From positions 1-39,898 of the IMG/VR virus record IMGVR_UViG_3300027804_000105: a stretch of 39,898 nt of DNA, one strand, 5' to 3'. This document shows, piece by piece, positions 33,412-39,898 of the stretch (position 1 is the stretch's first letter; every line of letters starts with the position of its first letter). The position numbers and the translations under genes are program-made. The notes beneath the pieces were generated by a model. That model was not told the origin of the DNA and did not search any database. It was given only the letters and a program-made list of their open reading frames with translations. Origin of the DNA: a virus. Taxonomy: Duplodnaviria; Caudoviricetes.

Positions 33412-35109
33412 TTAGCCCCTCCCACCGATTGCCGAGCCGATACCTTGGAAGATGCCGCCATAGAACTGCCCACGGGCCTGCGCCTGCGCACCCGCCGCAC
33501 CGGCCTGCGCTCCGTAGATGGAGGCATTGTAGTTGGCGAGGTTGGCGTTGTTCTGGAGGGCAAGGTTGATGCCGGCGTTGGGATCGAAGAGCTGCGGACC
33601 AATACCCGTAGCCGCTTGCTGGGCATTACCCAAGAACTGCGAACCGTAGGCCATAGCCGAAGCCGGCTGATTGAGATAGCCCAAAGCCTGCCCCGTAGCG
33701 CCCTGTTGCAAGCCGCCAAGGCCAAGCGCATAGCTCCGGTCGGCCCCGAGCATGGCCTGTTCCTGTCCGGTTACGCCAAGTAGGTTGCCAAACCGCTGCT
33801 GTGCTTGGTTGGCGTTGAACTGCGTATTGAACTGGTTGGCGTTCAGGCCCGCCTGCTGGTTGGCAAGCTGTGCCTGCATGTTTTGCCCCGCCCCGAACTG
33901 GTAGTTCTGAGCAAAAGCACCTTGGTTCGCAAGGGAGGCTTGGAGGTTCGCTTGCTGGTTGAGCCCTTGAACTTCTTGCGCATTGGTGATGTTGAATTGC
34001 TGCGCGTTGAAGCCGGTTTGCTGGTTGGCCAAAGCCGCCTGCAAAGCCGACTGTTGGTTGGCCTGACCAGCTTGCAAGCCCGCCCCCTGGTTGGCAAGCG
34101 CAGCCTGCAAAGCCGTGCCCACGTTGCCTTGCTGACGCTGAATGTCCGTCTGGAGAACCTGCGTGGCAAGTTGCTGACCGGCCTGTTGCGCCCCGAGAAG
34201 CTGCTGGTTGATGCCCTGCGCACCTGCCAAGTCCTGCATCTGGCGTTCGCGGGAGGCCCCGATTCTGGCGGAGGCTTCGCCAAAGAGCGACGCATTATCG
34301 CCGAGGCGACCGGCCTGCGCAAACTGTTCGCGGCTGCCCTGCGTAGCCGCCCGAAGCTCATCGGGCGTAAGCTGTCCGGGCGCCTGCGCCATCCGCAAGC
34401 CCTGCCCCTGCAACGCCTGCGAAAGCGGGCTCATAGCCTGATTCTGGATGGCCTGCTGATAAAGCTGGCTGCCCAAATCCCCCGCACCAACCTGACCGGC
34501 CGCAACCTGCTGCGCAGCGATTTGCTGGGCCGCAATCCGCTCGGGCGTAAGCGTGCCGCCCGACTGAACCTGATTGGCTCCCACCTGCATGTAGCCGCTG
34601 CCACCCTGCGCCTGAACTTGGTTAGGCTGGATGTTGGAAAACTGCGGAGCCGCCATCGCCGCATCACCCGCCGCGTTCAGGTAGCCGCTGAACTGCCGAC
34701 CGCCAAGCCCCTGCGCCTGCCCGAGCGCCTGCGCCAGCATGGGGTTGGCCCCCGCAAACGCCTGAAACGCCGCTCCGCCCTGCGTCCCGAGCGTATCAAT
34801 GTTGAACTGATTCTGCTGGGTTTGGAGCGACTGGTTGAGCGCAGCCGAGCGCCGCGCCGCCATGTCCTGAAGGTCCAGCGTGCCGTAAAAGCCGCCCTCC
34901 GTGCCAGGAGCAATGCCAAGCAGGGCGTTCTGGATGTTCCGCTGCTGGTTGGCCTGATACTGCGGGGAATACGTGCCTTCCGCACCGATAATCAGGTTTT
35001 GGAGCGCAGGGTTGGCGATACCCTGCATGTAGCTGGAAATAGCACCCCCAGCGTCAACCGCATTGGGGGCAGCCGGAGTAGCCGGCAAATTGACTTTAGG
35101 ACTGTTCAT
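33412..35109 (-). CDS. Q/A/G/N-rich DNA pilot / ejection protein
   Basis: 565 aa with repeated LQA.LANQ units and an amphipathic Gly-rich C-terminus. Confidence 0.65.
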   Translation of the reverse strand: MNSPKVNLPATPAAPNAVDAGGAISSYMQGIANPALQNLIIGAEGTYSPQYQANQQRNIQNALLGIAPGTEGGFYGTLDLQDMAARRSAALNQSLQTQQNQFNIDTLGTQGGAAFQAFAGANPMLAQALGQAQGLGGRQFSGYLNAAGDAAMAAPQFSNIQPNQVQAQGGSGYMQVGANQVQSGGTLTPERIAAQQIAAQQVAAGQVGAGDLGSQLYQQAIQNQAMSPLSQALQGQGLRMAQAPGQLTPDELRAATQGSREQFAQAGRLGDNASLFGEASARIGASRERQMQDLAGAQGINQQLLGAQQAGQQLATQVLQTDIQRQQGNVGTALQAALANQGAGLQAGQANQQSALQAALANQQTGFNAQQFNITNAQEVQGLNQQANLQASLANQGAFAQNYQFGAGQNMQAQLANQQAGLNANQFNTQFNANQAQQRFGNLLGVTGQEQAMLGADRSYALGLGGLQQGATGQALGYLNQPASAMAYGSQFLGNAQQAATGIGPQLFDPNAGINLALQNNANLANYNASIYGAQAGAAGAQAQARGQFYGGIFQGIGSAIGGRG

Positions 35110-35540
35110 TATTCCTTATCGTTAGCATCCATAAGCGCAAGGCACAGCGCCCGAACCTCTGGCATGTAGCGAGAATGCAGGGAGTGACCGCCCTTCAAGA
35201 AGGCCACCGCGCCTATCAATTCAGAGCCCACGTCGTAGGCACGCTGCCTCGCCCGCTTTTCAGCATCAGAAAACTTCCATGCCGACACGGCGTTTGCCAT
35301 TGCCGGCAAAAGTGTGGCAATGTTTGCCCTAAAGAAGCTGTTATTCGGCCACTCAAGCAAAAGCGCAGTAAACACCTCGTCAACCTGACCGGCATGTGGT
35401 TTGTCTCCGCTATCGACGAAGTTGTCCCAAACTTGGGCAACCGTCATCAATTGACAAAGCCAACGCTTCGCCTGCCAGTCGTCTCCGCAGATTTCTCCAA
35501 CAATGTCATAAATCCGCGTAAGTGCCTCTTTTTGCGTCAT
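35109..35540 (-). CDS. Helical protein with isoprenoid-synthase-like Asp motif
   Basis: QVWDNFVDSGD (DDxxD-like) and P.N.FF motif. Confidence 0.5.
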   Translation of the reverse strand: MTQKEALTRIYDIVGEICGDDWQAKRWLCQLMTVAQVWDNFVDSGDKPHAGQVDEVFTALLLEWPNNSFFRANIATLLPAMANAVSAWKFSDAEKRARQRAYDVGSELIGAVAFLKGGHSLHSRYMPEVRALCLALMDANDKE

Positions 35541-36226
35541 CAGGCGTAGCGAGTTTGGCTGCCAAGCACGGTGTAGGTAGCGGAAGCGGTTTTGATGATG
35601 GTGAAGGTGTAGGCATCGATGGACGATGCGTTACCGGCGGACGGAGCCGTGCCGCCGGTCCACTTAACCGTCTGCGCCGATCCATCCACCCAGAGCTCAG
35701 TCTGGTAGTAGGCCGTGCTTCCTTGCGTAGCCAGAAGGACAATGGTAATGCTGTCGTTTACGCCAAGGACTGCGTTTAGCGTCGTGCTTCCATCGCCGCG
35801 CACGTTCAGTGTCCAATTAGCCGCCGCATTTGACGTGTAAAGCCGGATTGCCGACGTTAAGGCGTTGAATGTGACGCTGCCGGTCAGGGCGCTTGCGTCT
35901 ACCGATAGGTTTTCAACCACCTCAAAAAGAGAGACGGTTGAGGTGGCGTTGATCGCTTGAAAGTTTCCGATGGCCCCAGTCACGGTAGACGAGGCGGTCA
36001 GGTTAGTAGTAGTCGTTGTTCCGCTTGACCATGAGGGACCACCGGAAGATAGCTTGGCGGGCGTAATCCCAGCATCCTTTACGATGATGGCGCCGCCTGA
36101 AAGCTGCGTTGTGCTGTCGTCAACCGCACCCGACGCAAACGTAGCCAAATTCACCTGATTGTTCAGGGTTGTAGGCGTAGGCTCGTCGCCGATGGCAAAA
36201 GTGTTGCCTGTTACTAGGATTGCCAT
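35540..36226 (-). CDS. Tail fibre / tail needle-like protein
   Basis: T/S/G-rich; C-terminal VKW.GGTAPS....SIDAYTF domain common in phage tail proteins. Confidence 0.65.
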   Translation of the reverse strand: MAILVTGNTFAIGDEPTPTTLNNQVNLATFASGAVDDSTTQLSGGAIIVKDAGITPAKLSSGGPSWSSGTTTTTNLTASSTVTGAIGNFQAINATSTVSLFEVVENLSVDASALTGSVTFNALTSAIRLYTSNAAANWTLNVRGDGSTTLNAVLGVNDSITIVLLATQGSTAYYQTELWVDGSAQTVKWTGGTAPSAGNASSIDAYTFTIIKTASATYTVLGSQTRYA

Positions 36227-36227
36227 G

Positions 36228-38723
36228 TTATGATGCCGAAACTACCGAAGGATTTGTTACGGTTGCGTTTAGTTTTACTGCACGCAATTTGGGCCGCCCA
36301 TTGGTAGGCGTAAAAACAATTTGGGCACCGTAACCGCGCTTGTTTCCTATTCTACCACGCAAGCTTGCGTCCTCGGATGCGCTGAGATTGCCGGACATCA
36401 AATCACTGATCGTAGTAAGGTCGGATGAGTAATCCGGGTTTTCTACGTTAATGCCTATGGTAGCGTTTGAGCTTTCCGACGAAGAGGACTCCGTGTGAAT
36501 CTCAAAGGATGAGAACTTTTTACGGTCAATCGTCCCCATCGTGTAAAGACGACTGGTTACCGACGAGGAAATCGGGTAGGAAACCGCACTTACTCCCGCG
36601 AAAATAGAAAGCAAATCAACTGCATCTTCTCTGGCGTCAATTTGATGTATGGCCCCGCTGGCACTCACTGCATACAAATTGTTGAGACCTCCGCTGGATG
36701 CTGTAACGAACCCAAGAATGTCCCAGCCAACCTCACTGATTGTATCAATGCTTTCCCAGCCTTGGTTTAGGAAGTTGTAGACTAGGATAGTGCTGTTGGA
36801 CGTGTTTGCATCCAAACAAACCGCAAGGTAATAGCGGTTGTTGTAGTAGGCGCCAACGGCCTTGTAAGCGTAGTCGCGGTTGATCCTGTTGATGGTGGCC
36901 TGTATGGGCTCCGAAAGCGGAACACCGGCACCGCGAAGGTTGTAAAGGTCGCCGAAGTTGGCCGAGTAGACGCCGTTGTCCGAAAGGAACAGCACTTGGT
37001 TACCGACCTGAACGATGGACTTGCGGGCAACGCAACCAACCTCAGACGTAATGAGCCTTACAGTGACATCAGCAATCGACCCGCTGACGCCAGACAGAAG
37101 GTGAATCGAGTTCCGATTGAACGCCAAAAGGTTGTCCTCAGCGAAAGGCTCAAGAGCCACAACGTAGTCCGCAGTTCCAGCGGTGATACGGAATTGATTT
37201 TGAAGCCGATCATAGGTGTCGCTATCGAGAATGTCGGAGGCGATGATTTCGTCCGAGACGTTGCGTGCCGTGATGGTTGGTGACGCGCCCGAGCTGCCGG
37301 CCATCGTGTAGGCATACGGCACCCACAAGCGACGTTGATGGTAGGTGCCCCAAGCGGGAGCGGGCATGTGAGTGTAGCCCGTGCCTACGCTGACCTTCTT
37401 GGAGTAGACAACGGCATGGCTGCTCATGTCGGCAACCTGCGCGTAGAACGTAAACGTGCCCGACGTTGGCACCGTGGCAATCGTGTAACCACCATCGTTC
37501 TCCGTAAGCGTAGACGAGCCGTTCTCAACCACGTAAATCTTGTCGCCAACCGAAAGGCCATGCGCAGCTTCGGTGACAGTGACAACACCGTCGGCAATAA
37601 CCGTGTTGCTTGAGGAGTTGTAGTAGGTCGGCTGGGTGTATGCGCCGTTGGCTACGCGAGTAAAAGCGGGCGAACCGGAAAGATCGCCACCCCACTCAAG
37701 CGCCGTGCTACCGCCGATGAACATAATCACACGGTCAAAGCACTGAAGAAGCTCAACGTCGGACGTAATTGTTACGCCAGAAGGGTATTCAATCGTAGTT
37801 GATGTGCCGTCCAAAATGCTGAACGCTATGGCGTTAAAGTTTGTAGCCCTGATGATGTATTCTTTGTTCTCGTCCGAGGGGTCCGAGAAGCGGCAGTAGC
37901 CATAGACTCCGTTTGTCTGAGTCCCACTTAGCTTCGCACCCTGAACCGTCCCGGTCCCTCCGTAGGTTTCGCTTCCGCTCGCACCTGCGATTTGAAACGT
38001 AAACGTGTCAATGTCGGTTACGGTTACAACGCGGTTGCCGTTGGGGTCCACGCTTCCAGTAAGGCCGGAAATGCAGGCAAGCGTGTTGCTGGTAAGGCAA
38101 TGCGGTGTAAGCGTGTTTACGGTAACGGTCGTGGTGGAACGAGTGGCGCTATCAATCGAAACCGGATAGGACACGGTAATCGTCCCGCCCTCCCACTGAA
38201 ATTCGGTTTCGGCCGGAGCACCCGACGCCGAGCCCGGCATTGTCGTTGATATGACCAAAGAGCCCGAAGTTGTTCCCGAGTGGGCGGTGTAAGCCCCGTT
38301 TATGTCCCAAGGATAAGTTCCCGCAGATGCGCCAGTCTGAGTGAATCCACTAAGCGTTACTGACTGCGACGCTTCAATGTCAAGGTCGGCATCAAGCGTA
38401 AAGGTTACATCCGCAAAAGCATCGACGCCATCGTGGAAGTAAAAACCGGTGACGCCAACGGCCCTATCGCCAACAAGGCGCCATGTCGCCGGAGATGTCA
38501 GGCGAATTGCAAGCGTGTTGGCCGTAAGCGTTCCACCCTTGGCGCTGATTCCCTTTCTGGTCTGCCAAGAGCCGTCTATGTCCATTCGGCCATTTACCGA
38601 CTCGCTCACTTCGCCCGGCTTGAGCTGATCCCCGCGAAGTCGGTTGTTTACGCGATAGAAACCGTTGTCCCCGGTCGTTACAACGGAGCTATCAAGCGGA
38701 CCAACTGGATTGGTAGAAGGCAT
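36228..38723 (-). CDS. Tail nozzle / DNA stabilisation protein (P22 gp10-like)
   Basis: 831 aa, beta-propeller-like motifs VGCVARKSI, LFLSDNGVY, PLSEPI and YYLAV, with inserted AHGL..GD domains. Confidence 0.75.
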   Translation of the reverse strand: MPSTNPVGPLDSSVVTTGDNGFYRVNNRLRGDQLKPGEVSESVNGRMDIDGSWQTRKGISAKGGTLTANTLAIRLTSPATWRLVGDRAVGVTGFYFHDGVDAFADVTFTLDADLDIEASQSVTLSGFTQTGASAGTYPWDINGAYTAHSGTTSGSLVISTTMPGSASGAPAETEFQWEGGTITVSYPVSIDSATRSTTTVTVNTLTPHCLTSNTLACISGLTGSVDPNGNRVVTVTDIDTFTFQIAGASGSETYGGTGTVQGAKLSGTQTNGVYGYCRFSDPSDENKEYIIRATNFNAIAFSILDGTSTTIEYPSGVTITSDVELLQCFDRVIMFIGGSTALEWGGDLSGSPAFTRVANGAYTQPTYYNSSSNTVIADGVVTVTEAAHGLSVGDKIYVVENGSSTLTENDGGYTIATVPTSGTFTFYAQVADMSSHAVVYSKKVSVGTGYTHMPAPAWGTYHQRRLWVPYAYTMAGSSGASPTITARNVSDEIIASDILDSDTYDRLQNQFRITAGTADYVVALEPFAEDNLLAFNRNSIHLLSGVSGSIADVTVRLITSEVGCVARKSIVQVGNQVLFLSDNGVYSANFGDLYNLRGAGVPLSEPIQATINRINRDYAYKAVGAYYNNRYYLAVCLDANTSNSTILVYNFLNQGWESIDTISEVGWDILGFVTASSGGLNNLYAVSASGAIHQIDAREDAVDLLSIFAGVSAVSYPISSSVTSRLYTMGTIDRKKFSSFEIHTESSSSESSNATIGINVENPDYSSDLTTISDLMSGNLSASEDASLRGRIGNKRGYGAQIVFTPTNGRPKLRAVKLNATVTNPSVVSAS

Positions 38724-38908
38724 CAGTCCTTGAACTTACCGAACTTCTTCACGATTTTGGAATCCATCCGCCACTTCCAAATGACGTAGGCGGCACCGAT
38801 GAGCGCGCCGGCAATGCCCGCAAGCTGGTGAACTTCCGACAGGGTGATGGTTGCGAACGCCGGGAAACACCCGGTTAAAACGTCCTCAATGCGCGTTTTA
38901 AGGCTCAT
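38723..38908 (-). CDS. Small membrane protein (holin/antiholin-like)
   Basis: 61 aa, TM segment LAGIAGALIGAAYVIW followed by a basic tail. Confidence 0.55.
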   Translation of the reverse strand: MSLKTRIEDVLTGCFPAFATITLSEVHQLAGIAGALIGAAYVIWKWRMDSKIVKKFGKFKD

Positions 38909-38910
38909 GG

Positions 38911-39642
38911 TTACTGATAAACGTAGCGGATTCTAACAATGCCACTGCCTCCGGCTCCGCCATAGCCAGAAGTCCCGCCGGCACCGCCATTGCCCGTGTT
39001 TGCAGTTCCAGCCGTGCCAGCGCCGGTTCCGCCTGAAATGCCGTTGCCACCCACAGCAAAGGTGCCCGTTCCAATGTCAGCCGCACGCCCTGCCCCACCC
39101 GTGCCTCCGCTGCCAGCCGCCCCCGCACCGCCGCCACCACCGTCGTTACCGGCAGAAAGCCAGTTTCCGCCCGCAAACCCGTAGCCGCCGCTTGCGCTCG
39201 TCGGCTGAAGCCCAGTAGCCCCGACCGTATCTCGTCCGCCGCCGCCGCAACCACCCGCTGCGTTCTCAGCTCCGCCACCAAGGGCCACAAGCGTCGAGAA
39301 AACCGAATTGGAGCCGTTTTGACCGGGACTTGATCCGCCGGCACCCACCGTGACAGAAAACGAGCCTTTTGCGACGGAAAGGGCAGAGGAATAGACGTAG
39401 CCACCACCGCCACCGCCCGCATACGAGCCGGCGCCACCACCACCCACCACCATAACCTGAGCGGTAGCGCCGGAAGGGGCGTTCGTTATCGTAAACGTGC
39501 CCGAGGTCGTAAACTCATGGGTCTTGTAGTTGCCGGACGTGCTCGTAGTGCCTCCGGTAGCGATAATGAACTGGCTAGCCGCCCCTGACGAGGAGCTGAA
39601 CCCACGGGCTGAAGCCGCTGCGAACGTGCAAAGAACGGGCAT
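38911..39642 (-). CDS. Glycine-rich tail-associated protein
   Basis: ATGGT..., H.FT.SGTF, VVGGGGAG and GGSGIVRIRY motifs. Confidence 0.75.
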   Translation of the reverse strand: MPVLCTFAAASARGFSSSSGAASQFIIATGGTTSTSGNYKTHEFTTSGTFTITNAPSGATAQVMVVGGGGAGSYAGGGGGGYVYSSALSVAKGSFSVTVGAGGSSPGQNGSNSVFSTLVALGGGAENAAGGCGGGGRDTVGATGLQPTSASGGYGFAGGNWLSAGNDGGGGGAGAAGSGGTGGAGRAADIGTGTFAVGGNGISGGTGAGTAGTANTGNGGAGGTSGYGGAGGSGIVRIRYVYQ

Positions 39643-39645
39643 GGC

Positions 39646-39864
39646 TTACTTCTTGCCCTGATGGCGGACGCCAAGCCAAAAATAGATGCAGGCAAACGCA
39701 ACCGCCACGATTTCAGGCTGCAACGGACCCGCCACCGACGCCGGCAGGTTGAAGATGTAGAAGGCCGCCCAAATGACCAGCGCGGGACGGATAATGCGGG
39801 TCAGTGCCTCAACAATGGTAAAAAGACCGTGCATCCATGCCGAAGCCGTTTCCGGCGGGGTGTA
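39646..39864 (-). CDS. Holin-like membrane protein, 3' part
   Basis: YTPPETASAWMHGLF...IIRPALVIWAAFYIF...IVAVAFACIYFWLGVRHQGKK: two hydrophobic segments with IRP and FWLG-R motifs typical of 3-TM holins. Confidence 0.7.
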   Translation of the reverse strand, partial: YTPPETASAWMHGLFTIVEALTRIIRPALVIWAAFYIFNLPASVAGPLQPEIVAVAFACIYFWLGVRHQGKK

Positions 39865-39898
39865 ACCGCTGCTGATGGAGGCTTCCTGTGCCTTGGTG
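39865..39898. repeat. Terminal overlap, right copy
   Basis: accgctgctgatggaggcttcctgtgccttggtg matches 1-34 at 32/34 positions. Confidence 0.9.

Larger units (their letters stand above)
1..39898. mobile_element. Near-complete tailed dsDNA bacteriophage genome (podovirus-like), circularly permuted assembly
   Basis: Full terminase-portal-scaffold-capsid-nozzle-ejection protein set, with no tape measure or sheath gene recognised and no host housekeeping genes. The ends overlap (1-34 vs 39865-39898). Confidence 0.93.

Noticed and set aside
32386-35169. Long + strand ORFs 32386..33783 and 33805..35169
   Set aside because: Antisense shadows of A/Q-rich ejection protein genes.

Overview
This window looks like an essentially complete ~39.9 kb tailed dsDNA phage genome with a podovirus-like gene set. 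Its ends overlap by 34 bp (2 synonymous mismatches) inside a holin-like gene. The minus strand carries packaging and structural genes: TerS/TerL, portal, scaffold, major capsid, adaptor, SGNH-esterase tail protein, nozzle and ejection proteins. The plus strand (12.5-29.2 kb) carries early and replication genes: HNH nucleases, an SSB-like protein, a PD-(D/E)XK exonuclease, DnaB with a LAGLIDADG intein and a metallophosphoesterase. The main observation is two arrays of integron attC-like sites (about 15.8-17.9 kb and 21.2-23.7 kb) with no integrase in the genome. There are 9 complete sites, 3 half sites and 1 terminal core. Cassette genes lie inverted relative to the canonical attC orientation. 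Each cassette's two core heptamers are complementary (9 of 10 perfectly). All 10 terminal ORFs read the crossover AAC in frame as Asn and take their stop codon from the neighbouring element. One cassette carries queD plus a TGT-like gene, and another carries a promoter, an operator and an HTH gene. Other observations are a 12 x 14-bp CCTAG array at the strand switch, structured non-coding regions and a PEP-CTERM tail. A Verrucomicrobia (Opitutae-like) host is inferred, not shown. All calls come from reading motifs by eye; no searches were run.
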